Of a stretch of DNA of 64,000 nt, positions 1 through 13,824 are shown piece by piece (position 1 is the first letter of the stretch; each line of letters begins with the position of its first letter). The stretch comes from Setoptus koraiensis. Taxonomy: Eukaryota > Animalia > Arthropoda. The stretch lies in assembly GCA_048013815.1 (NCBI GenBank), contig CM106586.1, positions 4,836,001-4,900,000 of the forward strand. The letters run 5' to 3'. The translations under genes were made by a program, and so were the position numbers. The notes beneath the pieces are model-generated. The model saw only the letters and a program-made list of their open reading frames with translations, made no database searches and was not told the DNA's origin.

Positions 1-85
1 GAAAAGAATGGCGCCACCGATCAATGGTGCGCTTGCTATCGAGCGGTCGCTCGCTGACAGCCGACTGAGCGGGCCGGCCCGGCCC

Positions 86-152
86 ATGGCCGCTCCAAAT
101 TTCGGGCTCATGGCCGCTCCAAACTTCGGGCTCATAGCCGCTCCGAATTTCG
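86..152. repeat. 24-bp tandem repeat x~3 (ATGGCCGCTCCAAATTTCGGGCTC)
   Basis: Units visible directly in the sequence. Confidence 0.9.
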
Positions 153-892
153 CAGTGCAGAGTTGGCTCGGGACGAGCGGACAGCGACCAAAAGCGGACA
201 GCGCGCCGCGTCGAATCTCGCCAATCAGAGTGACCTGTCGTTAAATTAATGATTGTCGCAATGATTCATCATCGCTGCGTCGCATGCTGCCGTGTTGTGA
301 CAATCGACGATTGACACAACAATGATGCTGCTCAGACAAATTGTCAGTCATCGAGCCACTCGAGACTCTCGAGTCGAGAGAGCCAGCGTCAGCCAGACAG
401 AGCGGCTAATGAGCGATTTTCTAACTAAAGCGCTTGTAATGAGCGATTTAGTTAGTTTGGCCGAGCTAATGGGCAGCAGCGCGCAGGCGAGTTGCGCACA
501 GGTGAGCCGCGCACGACAGGTGAGTGCGAGCGACAGGTGAGTGCGAGCGAGATGTCATTGGACTGGCAAGCGGCCAGCCAGCGCTTGTTAGCGTTTAGTG
601 GGTAAAGTTTAGTTTTGGCATGCCGAGCGACAATAAAACTGGGAAGGTCGCGGCGGAGTCATGCCAGCTCGCACTTGCTATTGAGCTGCCGCTGAACTGC
701 GCTCAAATGTCAGATAATGTATCGGATCGAGTGACCATTAGCATAACAAGTTGGCCAGTGGGCGCCATTAGCGACACCGGCGCCCATAACAGGCTTGATT
801 TATTTGATGCGTCTGGCGGCTAATTGTGCCATTAGCATTGATTGATATCGAGGCCGCTCGCAAGCTGCCGGCCAGCGGCCGCTGCCAGGATA

Positions 893-967
893 TTCGGCTA
901 TTCGGATATTCACCTGTCGGTGGCTGCGCTCGGGCACGCCGGACAGGTGAATATCCGAATGGCCGGA
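893..967. other. Inverted repeat / hairpin: 19-bp perfect core, 26 bp including two G:U pairs
   Basis: 900-918 ATTCGGATATTCACCTGTC is the exact reverse complement of 942-960. 893-899 pairs with 961-967. Confidence 0.9.
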
Positions 968-1033
968 CATGGCCCGATATTCAGCTGTGCGACGTGCGCG
1001 ATAATTTCGGGCCGACATCTCACGGCATCGGTT

Positions 1034-1137
1034 GGCACAGGTAAAGATGATGGGCACAGGTAAAGACGATGGGCACGGGTAAAGACGATGGGCACGGGTA
1101 AAGACGATGGGCACGGGTAAAGACGGTGGGCACAGGT
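1034..1137. repeat. 19-bp tandem repeat x5.5 (GGCACRGGTAAAGACGATG)
   Basis: Units visible directly in the sequence. Confidence 0.95.
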
Positions 1138-1190
1138 GGCCAAGAGCGGCCAAAAGTGACCGAAAAAAGGCCAAAGCGGCCAAACTCACC

Positions 1191-1632
1191 TTGAAGCAGC
1201 GCACGGCGCTGGCGGCGGCATCCAATTTGCCGCTGCTGAGATTGTGTTGCGATTTTGAGCGTTTGCCTGTCGCCTGAGCGGCCTGTTTCTGGCCACTTGT
1301 TGACTTGATTATTGTTGACACTGGGTGGTGCGTTGTTGTCGCTGTCAGCGATAATTGGCAGCGCAAATTCAGCGAGGCCAACAGGCCTGAGGAGCGCGAA
1401 TCCGCGGGCCGCTGCCGCTCGCCCGTCACGTAGTGCAGCTGGGCCTTCAGTTGGGAGGCCCGCTTCTTTTGTGACCTGATGAATTTGATCTCTTGCTTGG
1501 TTGTGTTGAGGTTGCCCGTCGGGTTGGCCATCGCTTGGCCGGCCGCGGTTAATTTCGAGCAAAAATTGTCCAACATTTGCGCGTCCTGCTGCGGCACCTG
1601 ATACTTGAGCTGCTGCTGGCGCCAATGGGTAC
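1191..1632 (-). CDS. Internal coding exon of a large unidentified minus-strand gene (GTHWRQQQLKYQ...SAVRCFK)
   Basis: On the minus strand: branch-like CTAAT, acceptor cccctcttacatcatgacAG|GTACCC (exon starts 1632, phase 1), an open frame of ~147 natural-looking codons, and donor TTCAAG|GTGAGT after 1191 (phase 0). The provided ORF 800..1660 runs on past the donor into a 19-bp tandem repeat, as expected for intron sequence. No domain recognised. Confidence 0.72.
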
Positions 1633-3469
1633 CTGTCATGATGTAAGAGGGGCGAGTCACTCGATTAGTTTCGGGTTGTTTGCTTTCGGGTTGCTTGCTT
1701 TCAGGTTGCTTGGTTGCTTGGTTGCGTCATTATCGGTATTTTCGGTGGTTCGCCGGTGCAGTTTCGTTACTGTTTCGCTGTTTCGTTGCGATTGTTTCGC
1801 TGCGATTGTTTCGCTGCGGCGGCGCTTGGTTGTTTTGTGCGCCGGTCGGTGGTGGCGCTCTCGCCGGAGTCGGTCGGTGCAGTGCGCGACCGGCCGACGA
1901 CAGGTTGCCGCTGTTATTGGCCCGTTGGCCGGTGTGCGGCTGTCAGCGGTCGGCGCCGACCGCTCTGCGCATCGACGCCGAGCTCCGAGCATCGTCCGGG
2001 CTTCGGCGGCTCACGCTCCAGCGCTGCAAAGGCTGCGAACGCTCCGGCGCTGCGAACGCTCGGAGCGATTCCGACGGCTCGATTCGGAGCGATTCGAGGA
2101 ATGCCGGCCAGCCGCGCACAGCCATAAAATCCCGTCCGGCCGCTCGCCTGTGTGAGCGTCCGCTGGCGAGCGGCTGCCGGCAGAAATTAATCCGACGCGC
2201 CGAGCAGCAAAACAAACAAGCCCGGCTCATTCTACACAGTATACAGCGTATACATGCGCATAACGCACAATATGGCGCCGATTGGGCACACTGGCCGCAC
2301 TGTTGCGCTTGCGGCGGGCCGGCCCGCGGACCGGCCGCACTGCGCACGACGCCGCTCGTATTGGGCTGCGGGTAGTGGCCAGTGGGCAGTCGGCAGGCGA
2401 TCCGAATCGGGACGAGGCTCGGCGAGCGGCTGGCCGGCGAACGGGACACTCGGGCAACACTTGTTGCGCTGTTTGCTCAGCGGGCATGACGGGCCGACTT
2501 GCGGCCAGCATGCGAGCGCAAGGACGGGCGAGCGCAGCAATATGCGGATTGCGATGATACGCGCCGGGCAAACAACCGGTGGATAATATGCGAATGTGAA
2601 TGTGTGATTTATTCAACATTAATCGGCCCTTCGTCGGGCAGCGCATGCGGCGTTATTCATCACCGTTCGACATCGCTGTCGGGAGATGCCGATTTAGATT
2701 GCGCTCGTTAGATAGAGCGGGTAGCGGCCGGCGGGATCGTGACGCGAATTAGTGCGCATCGTGAATTTGTCTTGCCGGCCCGCGACGACCGTTCGGCCAA
2801 GGAGCGCGGCGCGGCGCCGCCTGCACGATTATGACGGGCCGGATGACGGCCTCGATGACGACCGGCCAGCCACAGCGACAGGAGAGGAGCAACGAAATTG
2901 GTTCCCACAGATTACGTAAACACACTTGCAATTGCGGCCAAACTTGTTGCCTATTGCTGGCCGATTGCGTCGTGTTGCGGCGCAACGAGCCGCTGTCCAA
3001 CAAAACTGCGCACACACACACACTTGTTAGACGAGGCGCAGCGAGCCTTGCTGGGGGTGACATACCGACTATGAGCATAGGTTGTGTCAACTGGCTATTT
3101 TTAAACATTGTTGCATCAACAGTGTCTAAATTGAGCCGCTCGCTGCTCCGCACACGGCACAGCGCGCCAATGCGCAGCGGCTGTGTGGCGCATTGCGGCA
3201 CACGGAGATGTGTATCATTGCGGATCACGACCATTTCCATAATTCGAAGCAGCAGCGGCAGTTGATCGCCGCCAACCGACCGGTCGGGCACAACCGAGCC
3301 GACTGAGCGCAGGCCGGGGCACCGACTGAGCGGCCAGACAGCCCGACTGAGACAGACAAACGATGATGAGGGCAGATAATGAAAAACAAATCCCCTCCGT
3401 GCGACATAATCGCATCACACGGCGCCACATCCGGTTGCGCGGTTGCGCCGTTGTGCGGCCAATTGTCGC

Positions 3470-3497
3470 GCCCGGCCCGGCCCGGCCCGGCCCGGCC
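3470..3497. repeat. (CCCGG)n pentamer microsatellite
   Basis: About 5 copies visible directly. Confidence 0.9.
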
Positions 3498-4442
3498 CAA
3501 TCGGCTGACACTCACGGCGGACAAGTGCGGCAAGTTTGGGCCCGTCATTGCGCACTCGGGCCACTGATACGCAATGATGGCGTTCCAGAAATAGCGAGCT
3601 GTTGTGGGGGCCGCGCAACTGGCAGCAATTATATTATATGTATTATGTTATATGTTGTGCGCTATCTGCTGGCGCTCATCGCAGCATCGGTTATTTTTAG
3701 GTTGTAGCGAGACGCACGTTCCGGCGATTAAGCCGGCCGGTGTCCCGCACCGTCGAGCGGCTTTTGAGAGCGAGCGGGCAACGAGAGTCTGCCGACGAAC
3801 GATATGCCTCGCGAAGTATCCGTTTCGACACGGTCGCGGCCGAGGGAGCGGAAGCCGTCGGTTTATCTGGCCAAGATGGAATTTACGATATTTGCATTGC
3901 GATCGCTGCCACAACATTACGAGTTTGCTGTTGTGTGCCGCTCGCGACAGACCGTTCAACAGCACCAGCAGCAACAACAACAACTACGGCAGCAACAACA
4001 ACGACAACAACAACATCAATTAGCGCGATGCCATGAGATAATGTTGCCCGAAACATCGCAACGGCGGCCAGCGGAGAGCGGGCGCAAGTTGCCCATGGGA
4101 GCCCGAGCCGGGCTGGCTGCGCTCGGTGCGGGCACGGTGGCGCCACGAGCCGGTCGGTTCGGTTGAGTTATGTATCGTTGGCGCAGTTTGGTTGGCCGCG
4201 GCCCGGCCCGGCCGGTCCAGTTGGGGTAGACGGGCAAGTGCGGCGCCACCAAGTCGGCGGGCGGGCGCCCGGTCGGCCGATGGGTCAGTTGGCTCATCGG
4301 TGAGCGGTACAAAACGATGCGATGTAATGAGCACGTATGCGCATGTAAATGAGCACAGTGACCAGTGCGATCATCGCAAGCGGCCGAACTTTGGCCGCCG
4401 AAGCGAAAAAATGGACGAAAAAAAAAACAGGCAAAAACTCAC

Positions 4443-4522
4443 CGAAATCGGGGGAGGGGGCCGCAACGAGCTGCTGGCGCCAACAAACAATTGGTAATTG
4501 TTGCTGTCGACACGAGACGAAA
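4443..4522 (-). CDS. Candidate 80-nt cassette exon of the same gene
   Basis: Strong polypyrimidine acceptor ccttttctttggcatttttgcAG (AG at 4524-4523) and donor TTTCG|GTGAGT (GT at 4442-4441). All three frames are open across it, so the reading frame is uncertain. Confidence 0.4.
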
Positions 4523-7500
4523 CTGCAAAAATGCCAAAGAAAAGGATGGCCAGCACGCTTACAAGATGTGAGCGGCTACAGGTAAACCGAAGCGGGGCGG
4601 AGTTGGCCAGGCGCCAGACGGCAGCACCGGCAACAACAACGACGACAGCAACAACGACAACAACAACAACAACGACAGGTTGTTTACATAATGTGTGTGC
4701 GTGGTGCAAATAGCCCGATGGCGGCAGGGTCAACGTGACGCGAGCCTGGCGAGCAATTTGCCGCCATGATGCTCATTGCATCATAAGTTACGCAAGTTAT
4801 GCAACATAAATTGCGTAACACAAAATGCGTCTTGTTGTGTGTGAATGTTTGTGTGCAAAATTAAAATTACAGGTTTTGTGCGTCAGCAAACAGCCGCCGA
4901 TCAATTGGAGCGATCAACGGGCCAATTGCGCAACAACAACAACAGCAGCACAGCGACAAACAAAGCTCATTATGCGCAGCCATTGGGCTGATTAGGACTG
5001 GGCTGATTAGGACTGGGCAAATCGATTGGCGAGCAAATGTCACCGCATTCACGAAGCCCGGCACAGTGGACACACAAACATGTTTGCGATAATTGATTGC
5101 CTGTTGCATTGCGCATCAGCGGGCAGTGGGCACCGCCACAAATGGGCACATATGCAAATGAGCGGCCAGTGACATGAGTTGTTACTACGGAGGCCGATAA
5201 CTGTTATCGTACGATGCGTCGCACGATATGACGCAACCACCATTGCGCAACGAAATGACCATCGCGCAACGCAACGACCGCACCAAGGCGAAACTGACCA
5301 CTGTGCCACTAATTAACGACTGGCTCATTAGCGCCATTAGCTGGCATCGTCGCGAACCGCGCCAATTGATCAGCCCGATGGGGCTCAATGTGGCCCGATA
5401 TGGCGCAACGGACCAATAATAAATAATGCTTGCGGTCCAACCTCAACGGTTCCGCAAGTTCGAACACCGCGATTCGATGCAAATCGCACATGCGCCACAA
5501 ATACAATTATCACCCGAAGGTGCTTACAGGTGGCGCCGAAGCGGCTCTCAGGCGCCCCTCGGAGCGGCCACAAGCCGGCCCATGTTGCGATTCGAGCGGC
5601 AACAACCGCCAACAAGCGGCCAGCGATGACCGAGCCGGCCGAATGGTCGGCCCACTTGACAGGGGCAACGAGTGGCGCGATTGTCAGCACGGGACAGTTT
5701 GATCGTGAGCGATTCGAAAATAAAATTATCTCCGGTCACACACTCGCTGCTGCGGCGTAATGGCGCTCTAATGACCGGCCCGATCTAATGACAAACAAAG
5801 GCCGTGCCTCTCGTTGTTTGTCATTGCGATTCGAATCGCGATCGCGCTGATTAATGAGCGATAAACGCACAGCGTCAGTCCATTTTCTCACGCAACCGCC
5901 GCAGAGGCCGCCACACAATGAGTGCGCCGAGAGGAGATTATCTCATCTGACTCTGATTGGAGCAGACAAGTCTCTCGAGAGAGAATAAAAATGGCTCGTC
6001 TGTTTATTCTTTTGTGCAAGAGAATAAAGAACAGACAGAATGGGAAGAAGCGATTCGTTGGCTCATCGTCTGTTCAAAGTTCGAACGACTTCTCTTCCAG
6101 CGTTCGAATCCAGCAGCGTCGCAGTTCGAATCGAACGGCCTGTTCCCGATTCGAACGACTTCTTTTGTTCCCGGCTTCCAGTTACACCGGCAACAACCTG
6201 ACGATTGTGCGCGCGCGCACCAGCACGTACAGCGGCACGTTCGGCGCCGCCAGCTGCCCGCTCGCCGGCCCCGTCGTAATGGCTGCCAGGGGGCGCCACC
6301 CGGTTCCAGTTTGTTAAGTTATATCTTGATGTCTCAACATAGTTGGCCCGCGAATTGTGTGGCGTGAACACTGACCACTGGCAAGTGCGCTCAGCCAAGT
6401 AAATTAATCAAGTCAAACGAGTAACTTGCCAAACTGACCACTTGCCGTCGCTGTTGCGCTGCCCGCACAGAACTGGGCAGTCTGTGCAAATTAGTACTTG
6501 TTAGTTCGCCGACAATTTGCATGCCGACAATCGCCCGCAAACGACGCCAAACGAGGCCAAATCGATGGCGCCAACATGCGCTAATTAAGGCCCGTTTGGC
6601 CAGATGATGGCCGGCCCAGATTTATTGCAAACGCCAGCCAGATGATGGCCGCCGCATTACGAGTGCCGTGCTGTGCGGGCGCAGTGCGCGGCCTCGAGGC
6701 ACAGTTAGCTGGCGGCGAGCCAATTCGGGCGCGCATATTCATGCTTGTAATATTAGATTGTGCAACATTCCCACCGCCGAGCGTCTGTGATTGACATTAA
6801 ATGTCTCGGAATATTACGCAACCAGCACTACTGTTTGCGCTGCAAGGTATTCTCTGCTTTGCCGTCTGTGTGGCACGCCTGGCGGCGCTTTCGATGGGGG
6901 CACATTCAAATGCTCACATTCTGAGCTCATTTGAATGGCGGCAACAAGTGGCCGCACAAGCTCACCTGAGCGAAACTCGCCACCCACTGTGCGCCGATGG
7001 CCGCGCGTGCGTGTGTGTGCGCCATCAGTTACACAACAATTCCCTCGTCCGATACGTTCGAAATTCTCCTAAATTCTGATCCGACTTTCGCTTTCGAAGT
7101 CGGCACAACCGGCGCGTTGTGCCACTGGCGCGGTCAGCGCGAGCCTCACAAGTTCTGAGTCAGAACTGCAAAACTTCGATGCCCGCAACGATTGTTTTTC
7201 GACAATTGTTGTTGGCTGCCACTTTTCGCTCCCACGAGCCGGCCGGGGACAGTGGGCTTTTCAGTGCTTTTTCAGAAGAAAAAAACAGCGAAAAATCACA
7301 GAGAACGCAGAAGAAAAGCACAGAGAAGCCAGAGGAAAATGGCAGAAAAAATCAATCAGACTCCGAACGAAAGTCAACAGGCGCACCTGTCGCCTGGCGC
7401 ATTGCGCAATGTTTTGTTGTGACTGCCAGTCCGCCGCTGACTGCTTACGGGAGCGGTCCCGTCAACCATCAATCATCGGTGCGGCGAGCGTCGGTGCGGC

Positions 7501-9196
7501 AGCCATCGGTGCGGCGTCTTCATTGGTGGCCCGACCAGAACAATCGGCCGCTCGGCTACACCGCCGACCATCGGCCGGCCGCCCGACTGACCCGACCAAC
7601 AAACAACCGCACGAAACAAGCGACCGCATGTCCGACAGGAAGCACAGTTCGGTGGCCGGTGACGGGTATCGACAATTTGTTGCAAGTTGCGCTTACAAGT
7701 TGCCGGTCGGCGGCTGCCGATCGCAACAATTGTTGTTCGAACCAGTGTTACCAACTGGCGCTCTGCCGACCAGTTATCGAAACACAAACCGACTCGCGCC
7801 AGTGACTCATTGGCAGTGAGGGGTACGCGCTACCCGAGGTGGTCCGCGCGGCTGGCTGCCAGCCGGTCCGCTGGTAGCCGATGCGAGCCATCGATAGCCG
7901 ATCGACATTGACCGACAGAGCGTTTATATTTATTTATAACGTTGTAAATGGTTGAGCGTAAACGCGGCTCGCATCGCGGCCAGTTGCCAGTGGTGCCAAT
8001 GGTGCCGTTTAACACATCACTCGCGCTACAAGACAAGGTCAAATCTGGCCGAAAAGTACCTGTTAATGGAAACAAGAAGCGCCGGCTAGAAACACAACAG
8101 AACGAGCAGTTTGCGAACTGGCAGCCCGAGCTTCCATCCGACAAGCGCGATTCGACAAGTAATTAAACCGCTGCACCGTTGACCGCGTTGTTGTGCCGCG
8201 AATCTTCTCTCGGCCGGCCATTCTTCGTCGAGCGTTTGTTTCTTCGAGAACGAAGCTGACGAGGCTGACGAGGCTGACGAAGCCGACGAAGCTGATGAAG
8301 AATCGCGAGCACAAGAGCGCAATTCATCATCGGGCCGACTGGTCAGTGGCCGGCGTCGGGCGGCCAATGACGAGCCGTGCGTTTTGCAGCGACAAGCTAT
8401 TAGTCGACTGGTGCGATTGATGACTTTCGGCCAATTGATTTCGCTCGGTTGCCGAGATTCAGTTCGGCCGGCGCTCTGTGCAACTGGGCGTCGAGATGAA
8501 TGCGATTTTGCATTTCATCTGGCTCGCTTTGCTCGTCGTGTGGACGCTCGCATGGAAATCGCAGAGCAGAATGGACGAATAAATGAATAGCGGCCCGCGA
8601 ATAACGACCGGCGGAGATGCGCGAGATTTTCGCGATTGGCAGCGGCCGCAAAGCCAAACCGAGTGCGAATCGGAGCCAGTTCGAGGGCAGCGCGAGGGCC
8701 GTTCGAGGGCAGTTCGCGGCCGGTTCGAAGCGCGTCCGAAGCCAGCTCGAAGCCGACTCGAACGGCTTCTCGACTCGGCTGGCGAACGACGGCTCGCAAT
8801 CTCAATCTAATCTGAGAGTGTGTGGCATTGTGCGATAAGCAGCTCGTCAGATGCTATCGCTCAGCGCGAGCGCTTCTTCGAACGTTCGAACGGTTGACTT
8901 TCGAACATGCGCGCTCGGCCGCGAATTCGCAACGCGAACTCGGCATGAATGAACGGAGGAGAGATGATTCATGGCAATAATAGCTCAGTGAGTTTGTGTA
9001 TGTATAAACAGAGATAACAGCAGCATTCATTTCGCACAACAGGTAATGAACTGACCGAAATGACTGAGCTCATCAAAATAAACGTTACACGGTAACGGAG
9101 CGCCAGCGCCAGGGGGCGCCTCTCGAGCCGCGACCACCAGCCATCCGACAGTGAGTAGAAAGCCATCTGACGCTCAATGGAAAGCCATAGACCGGT

Positions 9197-9225
9197 CAGG
9201 TGAGCACAGGTGAGCACAGGTGAGC
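9197..9225. repeat. (CAGGTGAGCA)x3; the same unit occurs inverted x3 at 29715-29747
   Basis: Units visible directly at both loci. Confidence 0.95.
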
Positions 9226-11879
9226 TGGCCCTGGATTGTGACTCACAAGTTGTGAGTGTGGCTTGTGATGAATAGACGCTGCAAACGAGCCGGCTCACTG
9301 GCTGGCTAATTGGGCGATGGCAACTGATAATAACGGTGGCATTGAAACGACGTTGAATCGGCAAGCGGCCAGCTGAGAGCACAAGGCGAAAAATCAATCC
9401 ATCTCGCGGCCATTATATCTGCTTCATTGGCCAATAACAGATAAACGGATAGCAGATAAAAATATTATTAAATCTGCTGACATGTCCGATGGTAATGCGC
9501 TGTTTATGCGTTTGATAAGAGTGGTATCACGAGACGACACCACAGTTATCAATTTTCGCCAGACCTTTTTTCGTGCCCGTTGCCCGATACCAGCGAGTTT
9601 GTTGCATCCAAACTACAAAGTACAAATTGCAAACAACATACCAGTACAAACAAGTTGTTGTTGTATCCGCTGCAAATGGTTGCTGGCGCACCTGCGCACC
9701 AGAGGGCGCCCCGCCGGAGCGTGCAGCCCGAAACGGTCGGTGTTACAAGGAAGCGCCAAGTGACGGCTCACTGGCTCGTCGTGTCGAAAGCGACGTCAGT
9801 TGTTGTTTTAGCCAACGACGGGTGTGCGATATGGCCCAATGAGAGCCGGTGCCGGCCGATGAAGTCGCTCCGAGGAACCTGCGCTCCGGCCGCCACAGCC
9901 GGCTGAGAGCAGGCTGGCAAGTGGGACAATTAAATCGTGACCAGTTAGCTCGCCGCTGCCAACGACGACGCATCCTCGCTCTCTGCCTCGAGTGCTTCGT
10001 TCGAATTCGGCGAGCGCTTCGTTCGGATTCGGCGAGCGCTTCGTTCGACTCGAAATGCAATTCCAAGTCCGAGTGGCGACTCGCGAGCGCATTTCGAAGC
10101 GAGCGCCAATGGAGAATTCCTCGTCGAGCGGGACGAAGAATTCGAATCGAATGGTCGCTGAATGAAACGAAGCCGATGTTCGGCCGACGGTGCCGAGCAT
10201 CGGATGAGTCACAACTTGATACACACGGCATTGTAAGTGGGCACAGCATCGCGAGCTGCCATTCGAAGCGTTCGGCGCGGCCAAGAATTGGAACAGTCGC
10301 TCGCAGTTGGCTCGGCGATATTTATATTTCCATTTGGCTGGCGCGGACAAGATTCTCGCATTGATTCTGCGGCTCGAATTTGTTTGAGTTGTGCGTGTGT
10401 GTGTGTGTGCGTAGGCCTGGCTCATTATCGATTATTTGCCGCTTGTTAGTCACGACTGTTACGTCGACTGGCTCTCGAGACTCGAGCGAACCCATGAATG
10501 GACACTGACAGACCGATGGGCTCATTATTTGCTCTTCAGTGGCTGCGAGCGCCGTTGCCGCGAATGCCAATTGAGGCGACCACAAACTGCTCTTACAAGC
10601 GACTTGTTAGACTTGTTGCTGTTGTTGTCGCCGCTCACCTGTTGGCTTGTTGCGCCGATCAGCTGATCCAGGCGAGCTGGCCGGTCGGCCGGCTGGCTGG
10701 CTGGACCAGCAATGGTCAGAGATGTGCCATTATTGGCAGTATTGGCTGTGGCAAAGTTTGAATGGCGCGGCTAGTTCCAATGGTCCGATGGCCCGATAGC
10801 CCGACGGTGCGACGGTCCGCCGGTCGGACGGGATGCGCGCCGCTCAAGGTCGCGGGCCATTATTATGCAATAATTCTCTGGCCACATTCGGCCGGCATTC
10901 AATTCGATGGTTTGGCTGTAGCTGGCAGCGTCTATCCAGCCCAATAATAGCAACAATGGGACGGCCACTTGACACACGAGACATGAAATTGTGTGCAGCG
11001 CTTGTGATGCGGCGACTTGTTACGTAATGTTGCGTATGCCGAAATTGTCAGTTGCGATCATATCATCTCAGGTGTGTGTTGCATCATAGAGTTTGCGTTG
11101 CATCATGTAGTTTGCGTTGCGTCGTCGGGTTTGTGTTGCAGCATGAAGCGGTCGTGATGGCCATTGCGACGGCCAATTGCGTGCCGAGCTTGCCCAATTA
11201 GCGTTGCGCTTTACGCAAACACGCCGACGACGGTGCCAAAATACAACGGACCCAAGCTACGGGGCCAGACGGTTGCGTCGAGACGGCTGCGTCGGCAATG
11301 GCGCAACATGGCCACAGCTCGCAACAATGATGCCACAATGAGAACCCTTTTGCCCGTTGCCCGTTGCCCGTTGCCTGTTGCCTTTTGCCTTTTGCAGCCA
11401 CCCGGAAGTGGCCGCAAAAGGCTCATCGCGCGCCGGCTAACTGATTAACTGGCTGCCGTTGTTGTTGGCGTTGTTGTTGCGGCTGCTGTTGCCGCTGTTG
11501 TTGGCGTTGTTGCTCGACGAAGATGATCGACATGGTCGGCACGATGACGACGCCGATGCGACCGAAGAGGAATTCAATCAGCGCACACAAACGGCAACAA
11601 GTGGCCACTTAACTGGCATAGGCAACAACCGATAGCCTCGGCCGGCCGGCCAACCAAACAATGGCCAGCTCATTTGACCGGCTTCGACTCGCGCTCAGCT
11701 GATGCCAGGGCCAGTTGCAGTTGGCGGCTCGCTTGCCATTGATAGCCAGTGTGAAATTGATTTTTAATTATGCGACCTCTTGTGGCCTTGGCGGCCGCTG
11801 TCTCGTTGCTGCGAGAGCTGGCTTAAGCGGCTGGATTAAGCGACGCAACAGTGCATCAGCATTTACATGTCAGCGCCGG

Positions 11880-12000
11880 CAACAAGTTAACAACAACAAC
11901 AACGACAGCAACAACAACAACAACGACAACGGCAACGACAACGGCAGCAGCAACAACAGCAACAACAACAGCAACAACAATAACAGCGGCGACAACGACG
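11880..12000. repeat. CAA/CAG/GAC trinucleotide low-complexity tract; similar tracts at 3960-4020, 4625-4680, 14275-14340, 30280-30325, 31005-31055
   Basis: Visible directly. No splice or frame support for coding. Confidence 0.9.
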
Positions 12001-13778
12001 GCCGGCCCAAAACAATGGCCTGTTGTTGTTGCAAATGGAACAAGTGGATGAGAATCGCATGAGAGAGATAATCGGGCGCACTGGCCAGCCGAAAAGTTTC
12101 CTCGTCGGGGGATAAACGGAAACTGTTGCAAACAGCGGCCAGCATTTCGCTCGAGCTTCACGCTCGCCAATTGTCGGCTTCTCGGCGCTTCTCGGCGCTT
12201 CTCCTCGACGCGCAGAATCCCACTTAAGCCGACAAAACACAATGGATGCTCGAGCAATCCGCTCAAACAATTATCTCGATGTCGTCCGCGCTGCCACCTT
12301 GTTAATGAAATGTTTGCTCTACTATTGGCTGGTCGCTGTTGCTGGCCGCGGTCGCAGTCGCAGTTGCTGCTGCCGCTGTTACGCAATCATCACACAGGTG
12401 AGTCACTGGACGGTCATTGAGCGATTTCGCTCAATTGGCTCTAACGAGAACGGACGCTGCTCATTCAAATTTGCGCTTGTTTTCATTGATTGCCGCCATG
12501 ATTCACCGGCCGCCGCCGACCGAGCCGGCCAAAGTGCAAATCTGGCACAGTTCCTGTTGAATATTTTCCATATTCACTGCCACTCACCTGGCCACTTACC
12601 TGGCCGCTCGTATCGCAATTCGCAAGCCAGTGTCAGCCGATAACCATTAATTATTCGGTCGCTCGCGGTGCGGCGGCCACCACTCTGGGTGCGCCACACC
12701 GCGCCGCGCCGCTGCAAAGACGCCGGCTCACCTGTTGATGGACTGCGACGCTGGCCGGCCCATCAACAGGTGAGCTGGCTCGCGCCGTGAGAGTTTTAAT
12801 TACATAGGCGCGCACATCGTTTAATATTATCAAGTTATCCGAAATTATGTATAATAATTGGTACAGCACACTCGCTGCAGTCTGCAGAACACCCCTGTCT
12901 TTTGGCGCACAGCCAGCCAGACAAGCGGCCAGACAGATTTTTCGGCCAGACACATTCTTCGGGCCGGCCGACTGCTCGGGCCGGCCGACTCGTCGGGCAA
13001 ACTGACCAACAGAGACGAACGGGCATGCGGACAGGTGAGTGTGCATATCTGATAAGCCTAATGCTGCGCGTTGGCCAGTTTTCGGCCGGCCGCGTAACCG
13101 GCCAACGAGAGCGCGCCCGTTCGCTGCGAAGCCTTCGAGGCTTCTTTCGCAGTGCGCGGTGTCGGTGTCGGTCGACGATGAAAGAGCGCCGCCGCCGCCG
13201 TTCTTTAATGGTCGATGCGCAGACGAAAAGCAATCACTGCGAGCCATTCATTATCATATATTGCGCGATGCGTCGGTTCGTTATGAGTCGCTGCGATTGC
13301 TCGAACGAGCCCCCATTCGAATTCGCCACTCAACGTTCGCTTCGAGTTCCAGTTCGAATTCGTATTCGAACTCGGAGCGAGCCGATCCCATCTCGCGCCG
13401 CAGTCGCACGCCACACAGCCCGAGCCATACCCACAAATTGTGCGCCAGAGAAGCGGCTCATGTCCAGCAGGTGAGCAGCCGACGATTGCCGGCCGACGAC
13501 ACACACACACACAGCCACGGCACAAGCAGTAAACCATCACGGCATCACACACACACACACACAAGCAACAGGTGAAATGATCAGGTGATGATGATGCAAT
13601 GATGTGAGATATGCGCGCTACGTGGGAAGATTGTTGGCGGCCGGCGACGCGCTCATGTTGCTGCACAACATATAAATATTGCCCCGATATTATGCGATTT
13701 TCGGGCAGATTCTAGCGTACGTGTGCCGACTCTGGCAGTGCTTTTGCCCGAAATTGATTCACAACCGGCCGATTTCTG

Positions 13779-13802
13779 ACTGACTCACCGCGGTGAGTCA
13801 GT
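13779..13802. other. 24-bp perfect palindrome ACTGACTCACCGCGGTGAGTCAGT
   Basis: Exactly self-complementary. Confidence 0.95.
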
Positions 13803-13824
13803 GCAATTCTGGGACCTTGCTGGC

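Noticed and set aside
8876-8905. Heat-shock elements in TTCGAA tracts
   Set aside because: The spacing does not give three contiguous inverted nGAAn units.
12594-12604. ACTTACCTGGC, like the 5' end of U1 snRNA
   Set aside because: No U1 stem-loops or Sm site follow; it is simply the reverse complement of a donor-like CAGGTAAGT.
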